DNA of 64,000 nucleotides from Malacoraja senta. Lineage: Eukaryota. The position numbers and the translations under genes are program-made. This document shows positions 11,190 to 22,812 of the stretch, in pieces. Location: contig CM075995.1 in NCBI GenBank assembly GCA_038087875.1, positions 8,992,001-9,056,000 of the forward strand, read 5' to 3'. How positions within the stretch are numbered: position 1 is the stretch's first letter; every line of letters starts with the position of its first letter. The notes beneath the pieces were generated by a model that was not told the DNA's origin, made no database searches, and saw only the letters and a program-made list of their open reading frames with translations.

Positions 11190-11790
11190 CATATTCCAGA
11201 TGCCAAGGTCAACTGGTGAGTAAGGCAAGGCAGCGCCTTTACCACCTCAGGCAGCTTTAGGAAATTCAGAGTGTCTCTGAGGATCCTTCAGTGCTTCTAC
11301 TCTGGGGCTGTAGGAAGCATCTTGTCCAGCAACATCTCGATCTGGTTTGGGAACAGCTCTGCCCAGGACTCTGCAGAGAGTAGTGTGTTTGGCCGAACGC
11401 ACTATGGGAACTACACACCCCTCCCCCCCTGCAGGACCTATACACCAGGAGGTGCAGATCCAGAGCCAGCAACATTATGGGGGACCCCTACCACCCCAGC
11501 AACGGACTGTTCCAGCTGCTACGGTCAGGCAAACGCCTCCGCTGTCACGCTGTGAAAACAGAGAGGATGAGACGGAGTTTCTTCCCACAGGCCGTCAGGG
11601 CTGTAAACACTGATCTCACCAGGGACTCATTTACTGTTGTGTTGTGTCTTTTTATTTTTCTAAAATGTAAATACTGGTTCTGTTCTGTTCTGTTGTTCTG
11701 TAGTTTTTTACACAATCCGCAGGCATTGCCATTTTCATTTCACTGCACATCTTGTATGTGTGTATGTGACAAATAAACTTGTCTCGACTT
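11190..11790 (+). mobile_element. Rex1/Babar-like LINE 3' fragment
   Basis: LQCFYSGAVGSILSSNISIWFGN and DPYHPSNGLFQLLRSGKR..T.RMRRSFFPQAVR motifs; frameshifted. Confidence 0.75.
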
Positions 11791-12430
11791 TTCTCTATCT
11801 GCACGTGCTCCATTCCCTGCATATCCATGTGCCTGTCCAAGAGCCTCTTAAACACCACTACGATCCAAGATGGCCGCCCAACCCAGACGCCAATTTGCGT
11901 GCGAGTCTTAAGCACGTTACAATTGTCCACTCTTTTTAAACCTCTGTACACTGTATGCGGCTCGATTGTAATCATGGATTGTCTTTCCTCTGGCTGATCA
12001 GCACATGACAAGAGCTCTTCTCTGCACCTCGGTCAAGATGACAATAAAACTAAACTGAACTAATCGTATCTGCCTCAACCATCACTCCAGGCCCCAACAC
12101 CCTTTGTGAGAAAACGTACCCCATTCAATCATGGACTGTATGTATGAATGTTAGTATTTTGAAGCAGATTTTGGATGCAGCTCGGTAAGGTTAGGCTGCA
12201 TTTGGAGTACTGTGTGCAGTTCTGGTCAAAGATCCTATAGCAGAGCAAGATATGCCACTCCTGCTAAATGCAATGGGCTGACGTGTAGTACGCAACGGAA
12301 AGTGGGCCTTTTGTTCATCTATTTCCGTAACCGGACCCGACCCGACTCGCAGTGTAATCAACGTTGCGGGGGAACAGTTTGTGTTAATAAATTAAAATTC
12401 TGAAAATGAGGAGAAGATTTTTACCAAAGA

Positions 12431-12886
12431 TGTTTCTTTATCTAGTGAGAGAGGAGAGGAAGAAACGGAGGGCTTTAAGTCCCTCCTGGTGGGGGATGGA
12501 GGTGGAATCTAGTGATAATGTTTCTTTACTTAATGGAAGTGTCTCCCCCTAAGTGCCTTGTGTTGAAACGATGTTATGTGCTATTTTATGATTGGGTTAG
12601 GGAACTACTTTGCGGCCTGTATCGGTAATTGGCTTGTAGGGGATGCCTCCCCCATGTATTTTCACGCCTTTAGTTTGTAAGGGTATAAAAGAGTGCGGAG
12701 CACATTGGGGCGTGCCGATCGTCTAGGGTCTGCTCTATTGGCGTGAGGCTGTGCTGGGCTCGAATAGGTAGTTACGAGGATCGGACCGGCGGTATTGTGT
12801 ACAATACAGGAGAGTTGGATTTCCAGTGCTCGTATTCAGTGTTTGACTGAACCAGACTAGGGGTAAGTCTAGAACCGGAATCTACA
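12431..12886 (+). mobile_element. Putative solo or partial LTR
   Basis: TG...CA ends, two ATTGG boxes, TATAAAA at 12684-12690, AATACA poly(A)-signal-like motif near 12803; sits between other repeat fragments. No TSD identified. Confidence 0.4.
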
Positions 12887-12980
12887 CAGGCAGATACTAT
12901 AGTGGCGTTTCAGAGGCTTTTAGATAGGCACGTGGCAGCGCATGGAATGGAGGGATATGGATCACGTGCAGGCAGAGGGA

Positions 12981-13500
12981 ATTAGTTTGAGGAAGGACAT
13001 TCTTGCTATTGAGGGAGTGCAGCGTAGGTTTACAAGGTTAATTCCCGGGATGGCGGGACTGTCATATGCTGAGAGAATGGAGCGGCTGGGCTTGTACACT
13101 CTGGAGTTTAGAAGGATGAGAGGGAATCTCATTGAAACATATAAGATTATTAAGGGTTTCAACACGCTAGAGACAGGAAACATGTTCCCGATGTTGCGGG
13201 AGACCAGAACCAGGGGCCACGCAGTTTAAGAATAAGGGGTAAGCCATTTAGAACGGAGACGAGGAAACACTTTTTCTCACAGAGAGTGGTGAGTCTGTGG
13301 AGTTCTCTGCCTCAGAGGGCAGTGGAGGCTGGTTCTCTGGATACTTTCAAGAGAGAGTTAGATAGGGCTCTTAAAAATAGCGATGTCAGGGGATATGGGG
13401 AGAAGGCAGGAACGAGGTACTGATTGGGAATGATCACATTGAATGGCGGTGCTGGCTCGAAGGGCCAAATGGCCTACTGCTGCACCTATTGTCTATTGTC
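12981..13500 (+). mobile_element. CR1/HER1-type LINE 3' fragment
   Basis: RKDILAIEGVQRRFTRLIPGM...; CTATTGT tail. Confidence 0.9.
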
Positions 13501-14074
13501 CATAGTTTATCTTGGTCCTAATAAAGAACCATTGATCCATTGAACATTGATGGGAGAGGGGAGAAGAGGGAGTGTCCGGGGGTGAGACTGGTTCTGCTGG
13601 CTTTGCCGAGGCAGTGTGAAGTGTAAATGGAGTCTCCATTCCATCGACTCCGTCTCTGCCCCGTGCTGGCTCGGAAAGGCCACCAGCATAATGATCGGGA
13701 CGAGACAAGGCACAAAATGCTGGAGTAACTCGGAGGGACAGGCAGCATCCTGAAACGTCGCCCCATTCCTTCTCTCCGGAGATGCTGCCTGTCCCGCCGA
13801 GTTACTCCAGCATTTTGTGTCTCTCATCTGCGATTTAAACCAGCATCTGCAATTCTTTCCTACACGTTATCGGGAGACGAGTGTCTTTATGTCCAGCCTC
13901 GGGGCTGTGCTTTAGAGATGGGCCAGGTGGCGACAATCAGATGCTTGTGGTCTGTGGAGATACAGGGCTCTGCAGATGCTGGCATCCTGAGCAAAAACTC
14001 CAAGAGGGGGGGACGGGGGAGGGGGGCGCAGTCTGGTACGTGGGACGACGAGGCTAAAAATAAATGGTACTCAC

Positions 14075-14194
14075 TGGTCGCATGTCCACCAAAAGCAAAC
14101 TGAACTCTCTGCCCCGCCGAGCCAACTTCCTTTTTAAAGAAAGACGGGATATAACCACCGGTCGTACTGTCTGGACCAAACACTCCCAGGTTTC
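14075..14194 (-). CDS. MAK: MAK-like penultimate coding exon (120 nt)
   Basis: ttccAG|GA AAC...ACC A|GTGAGT; GNLGVFGPDSTTGGYIPSFFKKEVGSAGQRVQFAFGGHAT; phase 1-1. Confidence 0.92.
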
Positions 14195-14211
14195 CTGGAA
14201 ACAATAACACC

Positions 14212-15360
14212 GTTTAAGAATAAGGGGTAAGCCATTTAGAACGGAGACGAGGAAACACTTTTTCACACAGAGAGTTGTGAGTCTGTGGAATTCTCTGCCT
14301 CAGAGGGCGGTGGAGGCAGGTTCTCTGGATACTTTCAAGAGAGAGTTAGATAGGGCTCTTAAAGATAGCAGTCAGGGGATATGGGGAGAAGGCAGGAACG
14401 GGGTACTGATTGGGGATGATCAGCCATGATCACATTGAATGGCGGTGCTGGCTCGAAGGGCCGAATGGCCTACTCCTGCACCTTCTGTCTATTGTCTAAC
14501 ACACTGTCTCAAGCTAAACTATACAGGGTTTACATTATATTAATACAATATTACATTCATACAATATGAAAATGTTTCCACTCGTCTAGAATGCCATGTT
14601 TGTATCTTCCGGGGCCTGTGTAGTGCTGGATAGAGTGGATGTGGAGAGGATGTTTCCACTAGTGGGAGAGTCTAGGACCAGAGGGCACAGTCTCAGAATT
14701 AAAGGACGTGCCTTTACGATGGATATCATGAGGAATTTCTTGTCAGAGGGTGGTGAATCTGTGGAATTCATTGCCACACACGGCTGTGGAGGCCAAGTCA
14801 ATGGATATTTTTTTCTACCCCATAGTACCCCAGTTTTGGGCCCCATATCTGGGGAAGGATGTGCTGGCGTTGGAGAGGGTCCAGAGGAGGTTGACCAGAA
14901 TGATCCCAGGAATGATCGGGTTAACGTATGATGAGCACTTGAAGGAACTGGGCCTGTACTCGCTGGGATTTAGACGGAAGACGGGGGGGGGGGGGGGAGG
15001 GGGACTTCATTGAAACGTTACCGAACAGTGAAAGGCCTGGATAGAGTGGATGTGGAGAAGATGTATCCACTAGTGGGAGAGTCTAGGACCAGAGGGCACA
15101 GCCTCAGAATAAAAGGACGTACTTTTAGAAAGGAGATGAGGAAGAATATCTTTAGTCAGAGGGTGGTGAATCTGTGGAATTCATTGCCACAGACGGCTGT
15201 GGAGGCCAAGTCAATGGGAGTTAAGATGGAGATAGACGGATTCTTGATTAGTGTGGGTGTCAGGGGTTATGGGGTGAAGGCAGGAGAATGGGGTTGAGAG
15301 GGAGAGATGGATCAGCCAAGATTGAATAGCAGAGTAGACTTGATGGGCCGAATGGCCTAA
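14212..15360 (+). mobile_element. Cluster of CR1-type LINE fragments
   Basis: Three successive fragments with GESRTRGHSL / QRVVNLWNSLP motifs. Confidence 0.85.
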
Positions 15361-15418
15361 ATCACCTGCTGGAGCATACGAACTACACCACATCATAACT
15401 CTTACAAACCAGATGTAC

Positions 15419-15466
15419 CAGAGCCGGCATACTGTTGTGCTGCATCACAGCTTGGTCTGGGATAAC
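15419..15466 (-). CDS. MAK: Candidate alternative 48-nt cassette exon of the MAK-like gene
   Basis: cttgtcttcattgctAG|GT TAT CCC...TCT G|GTACAT; open, phase 1-1 (GYPRPSCDAAQQYAGS), in a unique island between repeats. No recognisable homology. Confidence 0.35.
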
Positions 15467-15519
15467 CTAGCAATGAAGACAAGCATACCATACGCCTTCA
15501 ATATACCTCCCCCCTCAAC

Positions 15520-15920
15520 CCTCAGCTCGGTCCGCATTAACCAACCTGATCTCCCGGTGGCTCAGCACTTCAACTCCCCCTCCCATTCCGAATCCGACCT
15601 CTCTGTCCTGGGCCTCCTCCATGGCCAGAGTGAGCAACACCGGAAATTGGAGGAGCAGCACCTCATATTCCGCTTGGGCAGTCTGCACCCTAGCGGCATA
15701 AACATTGAATTCTCCAATTTCCGGTAGCCCTTGCTGTCTCCTCCCCTTCTCAGCTTTCCCTCAGCCCTCGGGCTCCTCCTCTTCCTTTTTCCTTTCTTCT
15801 CCCCATTCCACCCCCCCCTACATCAGTCTGAAGAAGGGTTTCGGCCCGAAACGTTGCCTATTTCCTTCGCTCCATAGATGCTGCTGCACCCGCTGAGTTT
15901 CTCCAGCACTTTTGTCTGCC
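15520..15920 (+). mobile_element. Penelope-like element 3' fragment with hammerhead-like motif
   Basis: SVRINQPDLPVAQHFNSPSH...EEQHLIFRLGSLHPSGINIEFSNFR*; then CTGAAGA-A-GGGT TTCG GCCC-GAAACGTT at 15828-15855. Confidence 0.85.
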
Positions 15921-16145
15921 TTCAATACAACCCAGTCTACAGTGAGTTATGAATTGAACTCCAAGATCCCTCTGCACATCATTGCTGTAGAGGGTCTTGC
16001 CGTGAGCTGTGAGCTCTCTCCATACATTCAACCTCCAAATCTTGATGGAATTATTTCTAGATGCAGAGGACGGTAAGGTTCGTGGAGCTATGATTTGGTC
16101 CACGTGCCTAGATTTCGTCGAATAACATAAAGATTAATGGATGAC

Positions 16146-16720
16146 GGGCAGTCACGGTGGCGCAGCGGTAGAGTTGCTGCCTTACAGCGAATGCAGCGCC
16201 GGAGACCCGGGTTCCATCCTGACTACAGGTACTGTCTGTACGGAGTTTGCATGTTCTCCCCATGACTCGCGTGGGTTTTCTCCGAGATCTTCTGTTTCCT
16301 CCCGCACTCCAAAGACGTACAGGTTGGTAGGTTAATTGGCTTGGTAAATGTAAAAATTGTCCCTAGTGGGTTGTAGGATAGTGTTAGTGTGCGGGGATCG
16401 CTGGCCGGTGTGGACCCGGTGGGCCGAAAGGCCTGTTTCCGGGCTGTATCTCTAAACTAAACTAAACAGGATGATTAACCAGTAGGACTAGTAATACACA
16501 TCCCTGGGGCGGCACGGTGGTGCAGCGGTAGAGTCACAGCGCCTGAGCCCCGGGTTCGATCCTGACTACGGGCGCAGTCTGTACGGAGTTTGTCCTTTTT
16601 CCCGTGACCTGCGTGGGTTTTCTCCGGGAGCTCTGGTTTCCTCTCACACTCCAAAGACGCACAGGTTTGTAGGCTAATTGGCTTTGGTACAATTATAAAT
16701 TGTCCCTAGTGGGTGTCGGA
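16146..16720 (+). mobile_element. Two tandem HE1-like SINEs
   Basis: Heads CACGGTGGCGCAGCGGTAGAG near 16153 and 16514, B-box-like GGTTC(C/G)ATCC, shared body. Confidence 0.85.
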
Positions 16721-16759
16721 ACGTGCGAGTGTGCGAGGTGAGACAACTGCTCTATTTAC

Positions 16760-16861
16760 CGGCATTCATTCTACCGACGGTGGTTCCTCCACTGATCATT
16801 CCCAACGCTTTGTTATGTTCCTTGTTAGTTCCTACCACTGATGCGTTCTTGGAATGTATCC
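16760..16861 (-). CDS. MAK: MAK-like coding exon (102 nt)
   Basis: ttctttttccAG|GG ATA...GCC G|GTAAAT; GIHSKNASVVGTNKEH...GRMNA; phase 1-1; position and ends match the MAK GVNPK...RSNA exon. Confidence 0.8.
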
Positions 16862-18295
16862 CTGGAAAAAGAATTGAGAAATTCACATCAGATTCTAATA
16901 TAGTCTATCGACGTAAAAAGCTGGAGGAACTCGAAACGTCACCCATTCCTTCTCTCCAGAGGTGCTGCCCGTCCCGCTGAGTTCTTTCAGCTTTTTGTGT
17001 CTATCTTTGTTGTAAACCAGCATCTGCAGTTCCAATCACCATAGTGCGAATCATAAAAATACCCGATAGACTTTAGTTTGTGGGGAATGTCACAATTGTT
17101 CAGCTCCTTCATTTGCAACCTTTTGTTTTACTTAATAATAAAATATAATAAAAATGACCTGCAGATGCTGGATTATACCAAAGATAGACACAAAGTGCTG
17201 GAGTAACTCAGTGGCATTGTTAGACTTTAGAGAGGCAGTGTGGAAACAGACCCTTCGGATCACCGTCGCATGGGTGGAAATCCTGGGGGGGGACGGGGGG
17301 ACCTGCCCCCCCCATGGTTTGAGAGGGGGGGACAATCCAGCCCATGTTTTGTGACCTGGGCGCTACAGCCAGTCCCACTTAGGCTCGCTTGCCCCAGGTC
17401 TGGCTGTAGCGCCCAGGTCAGCTCGCCTGCCCCTCACTCCAAAGACGTGCAGGTTAAGTGCTTCAGTAAATTGTAAATTGTCCCTAGTGTGTCGGATGGT
17501 GCTAGTGTACGGGGTGATTGCTGGTCAGCGCGGCACTTCTTGTGTTTTACATCTTGTAACTACTTAGCAGGGTGGCACAGTGACGAGTTGTTGCCTCAAC
17601 AGCGCCAGAGACCCCGGGTTCAATCCTGACTATGGGTGCTGTCTGTATGGAGTTTGCACGTTCCCCCAGTGACCGCGTGGGTTTTCTCCTGGTGCTCTAG
17701 TTTACGATACGATAGAACTTTATTTATCCCAGGAGGGATATAGTTTCTCACCACATCCCAAACACATACAGGTTTCATAGGTTAATTGGCTTTGGTAAAA
17801 AATTGTAAATTGTCCCTTGTGTGTAGGATAGTGCTAGTGTAGGAGGTGGGCCGAAGGGCCTGTTTCCGTGGTGTTTCTCTAAAGTAAAGTCTAAACTTCG
17901 GAAATTTGGGAGCATAGAGTGATACAGTGTGGAGACAGTCCCTTCTGCCCAACTTGCCCACACCGGCCAACATGTCCCACCTACACCAGTCCCACCTACC
18001 TGTGTTTAGGCCACATCCCTCTAAACCTGTCATAGAGTCATGGAGAGATAATGTGTGCAAAGAGGCCCTTCGGCACAACTTGCCCACACCAGCCAACATG
18101 TCCCAGCTACACTAGTCCCACCTGCCCGCACTTGATCCATATCCCTCCAAACCTGTCCTATCCATGTACCTGTCCAACTGTTTCTTAAACGTTGGGATAG
18201 TCCCAGCCTCAACTCCCTCCTCCGGCAGCTTGTTCCATACACCCACCACCCTCTGTGTGAAAAAGTTACCCCTCAGATTCCTTATCGACAATATC

Positions 18296-19050
18296 CAGAG
18301 CTGCCAAGTCATACTGTAACTCTAAAAATTATAGCAGATTAAATTTATTAGTATTGTACATTTGAAGATCTGGATGATTATTTTTGTAAGCTTTGATCTG
18401 CCTGTCCCGCTCCAGGTTTAAACAGCGCTGTCGGTTTAGCGCGTGGGGATTTAAACGAACAGCGCTATTGCTTTTACACATAGCGCTTTGGGCTTTACAC
18501 GTAGCGCTATGGCCACAGCGCTGTGGGTCACAGACTGTTAGGGGAGGGAGAGAGGGAGAAGGAGAGAGGGAGTGGCAAGGAGGGAGGGAATAAGAGAGGG
18601 AGGGAGAAAAAAAGGATGGTGAGAGGAAGGAAGAGAGGGAGGGTGGGAGGGAAAGAGACGGGGGAGGAAGAGAGAGAGAGAGAGAGAGATGGAGAGAGGG
18701 AAGGTGGGAGGGAGAGGGAGGGAAAGAGAGGAAGGAGGGATAGAGAGCGAGGGTGGCTTCCAAAATGGCTTCCACATCATCATCTGGTGCTAAAAGCAGG
18801 AAGCAGCCATTCAAACAGCAGTTTCCAAAGAGATGGCAATGAATGCACTGTCAAGTATGGTGCGTAGAAGACATGTCAATTGGTAGCAAATTTATGAATT
18901 CTTGTACTCTTACATGGGTATGACCGCACAAAAAATAAAACACTTTTTTCAGCAAAATGGCACCACGTAAAAATACTGACTTCCTCAGCAAAATACAGAT
19001 TTTTCAGGTACTACAATACTGAAATGCTCTGACAAAACTTGGCAGCTCTG
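18296..19050. mobile_element. Non-autonomous DNA transposon with 14-bp TIR and 6-bp TSD
   Basis: CAGAGCTGCCAAGT (18296-18309) and ACTTGGCAGCTCTG (19037-19050); AATATC directly outside both ends. Confidence 0.8.
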
Positions 19051-19267
19051 AATATCTGTGCTACCCCTTAGGTTCCTATTAAATCTTTCCCCCCCTCACC
19101 TTAAACCTATATCCTCTGAGTCTCGATTCCCCTACTCTGGGCAAGAGACTCTGTGCATCTACCCGATCTATTCCTCTCATGAATTTGTACACCTCTATAA
19201 GATCCCCCCTCATCCTCCTGCGCTCCAAGGATTAGAGTCCCAGCCTACTCAACCTCTTCCTGTAGCT

Positions 19268-19691
19268 CAAGGGTTCCCAACCCTGGGGTACATTTACCCC
19301 CAGGGGGTGCATTTCACCAACCCAGGGGGTAAATTTGTTGATTCCGGATTTGTACATATTTTTTTCTCATTGACTGACTGTGTTTGGTTCTGGTATCTGT
19401 TCATCATTAGTTGTTCATAAATAAGTGAGATAACATTGTTATTCATAAATAACATCCATAAATAATATTCATAAATAATAATATTCATAAATAATATTTA
19501 TAATATTGATAAATAATGTTCATAAATAATAACATTCATAACAATATTCAAAAATAATAATATTCATAAATAATAATATTCATAAATAATATTCATAAAT
19601 AACATTGTTATTCATAAATGTGCAATAACATTGCTGTGTACTATTAAAGTTGCCTGGGGTGAACGGGACAAAAGAGGTTGGGAACCCCCTG
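19268..19691. mobile_element. hAT (Charlie-like) MITE with AT-rich internal tandem repeat
   Basis: Ends CAAGGGTTCCCAACC / GGTTGGGAACCCCCTG; degenerate 8-bp TSD CTGTAGCT/CTATAGCC; ATAATATTC-like array at about 19415-19620; interrupts a CR1 fragment. Confidence 0.75.
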
Positions 19692-19804
19692 CTATAGCCT
19701 CAAGCCCACAAGTCCTGGGAAAATCTCAGACTTGCTTTATCTCAATATCACAGGAGGCAGTGGAATGAATCTCAAGCTGATGAATGATCCAGGTGTTTGC
19801 TCAC

Positions 19805-19944
19805 CTGGAAGATACCTTGACTGCCTCAGGTAGTGCTGCCTTGCTGAGGATGAAGATAATCCAGAGTCCAGTCTTGACACCGTGGTGTTTGGAACCGTTT
19901 TTGTTCCTCTGCTGTTGTGGTGTAGTGGTTGGTGTTCAACTGTG
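19805..19944 (-). CDS. MAK: MAK-like coding exon (140 nt)
   Basis: ttttacAG|C ACA...CCA G|GTGAGC; ends SARQHYLRQSRYLPG (conserved MAK/ICK motif); phase 2-1. Confidence 0.92.
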
Positions 19945-21401
19945 CTGTAAAACAGAACAAAGTATGGTGCTATTAGACAAGAGTTTCGGCCCGAAACGTT
20001 GCCTATTTCCTTCGCTCCATAGATGCTGCTGCACCCGCTGAGTTTCTCCAGCATTTTTGTGTACCTTCGATTTTCCAGCATCTGCAGTTCCTTCTTTAAC
20101 ACAAGAGTCCGGAGGGCATGGGTTTAAGGTGAGGAAGGGGGGTGGGGTGGGGGGGAAAGATTTAATAGGAACCTGAGGGGAAAGCAGATTCAGAGACAGT
20201 TTCTTCCCAGCTGTTATCAGGCAACTGAACCATCCTACCACCAACTAGAGAGCAGCCTTGAGCTACCAGATACCTCATTGGAGACAATAGACAATAGACA
20301 ATAGGTGCAGGAGTAGGCCATTTGGCCCTTCATTTTTAAGAGTCCTATCTAGCTCTCTCTTGAAAGCATCAAGGGAACCTGCCACCACCGCCCTCTGAGG
20401 CAGAGAATTCCACAGACTCACAATTCTCTGTGAGAAAAAGTGTTTCCTCGTCTCCGTTCTAAATGGCTTACTCCGTATTCTTAAACTGTGGCCCCTGGTT
20501 CTGGACTCCCCCGACATCGGGAACATGTTTCCTGCCTCTAGTGTGTCCAAGCCCTTAACAATCTTATGTTTCAATGAGATTCCCTCTCATCCTTCTAAAC
20601 TCCAGAGCGTACAAGCTCCAGCCGCTCCATTCTCTCTGCATATGACAGTCCCGCCATCCTACGAGACCATACGACTATCTTTAATTGGATTTTATCTTGA
20701 TCTAAACGTTATTCCCTTTATCCTGTGTCTGTACACTGTGGACGGCGTGATTGTAATCCTGTATTGTCTTTCCACTGACTGGATAGCGCGCAACAAAAAT
20801 GCTTTTCACTGTACCTCGGTACACGTGACAATAAACTCAACTGACTGACAATCTCAATCAGTAACAGTCCTTTTGATAAAATCGAAGATAAATTTCTCAT
20901 TGATTACTGGCACTGAACAGTTTGAGAGGAACAGACACAAGTATTGACTAAGCCGTGGGCCGGACCCCGGCAGCAGGCCGAGTACGCATCGCCGTGGCAA
21001 CCAGGAGAGGGAGGCTGCCGAGCCCGACCCCGACCCCGACCCGGGAGACCTGGGAACCGGAGAGGAAGGTGGAGGGGGGGGGTCAGCGTCGGGGGCAAAC
21101 GCTGGACAAGGAGCAATGGAGGACAGAGGACAACCCGGCGTGGGAGGGAGAATAAAGGGGGGCCCGGATTTCCGGGACCGCTGGGCACCGCAGGGGGCGG
21201 ATTGCATCCTTAATAAGGATGGGGAAATTTGTTTTAGGTGTATTGTGGTGGCGGGTTTGTTTTGAATAATTTTGTATTGTAAATAGTATTGTAAATACTT
21301 GAATAAATCTATTATTGGTTTAATTTAAAAAAAAAATTAAAATGTAAAAAAATAGGCGGGGGGGGGTGGGGGCCTGGAATGGGGGGGCCCACCGAGAACT
21401 A

Positions 21402-21590
21402 AAGGGACCTGTGCCACTTAAGCAACTGCCAGGGACTAGTTTTAATGGAATTCACCTACGAAACCTGGCAACAACCTACGGCAACCTATGACAGCAAAAA
21501 TTGTCGCCACTGTCGCAGAAAAATTATCAACATATTGAAAATTTTATGGCAGTCACCCCAAAAATTCCCTATAAGTGGGACAGGCCCTTC
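21402..21590. mobile_element. MITE with AAGGGCCTGTCCCACT-type ends (Harbinger-like)
   Basis: AAGGGACCTGTGCCACT ... AGTGGGACAGGCCCTT; same termini as the elements at 32.5, 35.3 and 55.2 kb. Confidence 0.65.
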
Positions 21591-22274
21591 AGGGGACCAC
21601 AAATGGAATACTTTGGGTTAAAACGGAATATTTTGTAACTTTGTCCTTTACGTGGCCACTCTTTGCATACCTTGGGGATTCCAAATAGAGAATCTCACTG
21701 TGACTGAGCACGTGCGATAATAAAGTATCACTCGTGCAAGGGGACGGTAAGAAGAACCAGCGAGGCGGGGGGGGGGGGAGGTTTTATCTTCCGCACCCTC
21801 AAGGTCAGCTGTGAAAGGCGCCCCCTCCCCCTGGGGCATGGAGGCTGAAGGTGGCCGGGTGAGGAGAGGGACGACGGTTCACGGGACGATGCAGACGGAG
21901 GCGACAGCTACAACGGTAACTGGGACTGTAAAACTGTGCCAAAACCCGGCGACTCTGTATATGGACTCTACAGGGCTGTTTGAATGAATGAATGAATATA
22001 GTTTATTGGCCAAGTATTCACATACAAGTAATTTGCCTTGGTGCTCCGCCCGCAAGTGACAACAACATACAGCAACAGTCAGGAATGACACATAAAACAT
22101 TAAACATTAATAATAAAGATTATTGATTAAACACTGAACACTGAATTTCTATGGCGTTATGTACTTAACTGTGGATTGTACTTATGTACGGCAATAATCT
22201 TACTGATCGGTGTGCAAAAAAAAGATTTTTCATCGTACCTTGGTACACGTGATAATAAAGGACCCATTGAACAG

Positions 22275-22812
22275 TTCAGTACAGTTTATTGTCACGTGTA
22301 CCAAGGTGCAGTGAAAAGCTTTTGTTGCGTGCTATCCAGTCAGCAGAAAGACAATGCATGATTACAGTCGAGCCATTCGCAGTGTATAGATACATAAGGG
22401 AATAACGGTTAGTGCAAGGTAAAGCCAGTGAAGTCCGATCAAGGATAGTCCGAGGGCCACCAATGTGGTAGATAGTAGTTCAGCACTGCTCTCTGGTTGG
22501 TGATAGGATGGTTCAGTTGCCTGATAACAGCTGGGAAGAAACTGTCCCTGAATCTGGAGGTGAGCGTTTTCACACTTCTGTACCTCTTGCCCGATGGGAG
22601 AGTGGGAGAAGGGGGAGTGGCCGGGGTGAGACTGGTCCTTGATTATGCTGCTGACCTTGCCGAGGCAGCGTGAGGTGTAGATGGAGTCAATAGAAGGGAG
22701 GTTGGTTTGTGTGATGGTCTGGGCTGCGTCCACAATTTGCCGCAATTTCTTGCGGTCTTGGACGGAACTGTTCCCAAACCGTGCCGTGATGCACCCCGAC
22801 AAAATGCTTTCT
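22275..22812 (-). mobile_element. Rex1/Babar-like LINE 3' fragment
   Basis: ORF 22362-22802 SGCITARFGNSS..DRKKL.QIVDAAQTITQTNLPSIDSIY. Confidence 0.8.

Noticed and set aside
16033..16107. 75-nt AG...GT segment as the counterpart of the retina-specific MAK exon
   Set aside because: In the required phase 1 it hits TAG within a few codons; it is open only in phase 2 and the donor (GTTGAA) is weak.
18329..18867. Ser/Pro/Leu- and Glu/Arg-rich ORFs (also 56042-56741)
   Set aside because: Translations of GA/CT low-complexity tracts and N runs.
19380..19400. MNRY peptide as the missing first coding exon
   Set aside because: Lies inside a hAT MITE, downstream of the kinase exons, and lacks the GDGTYG motif.
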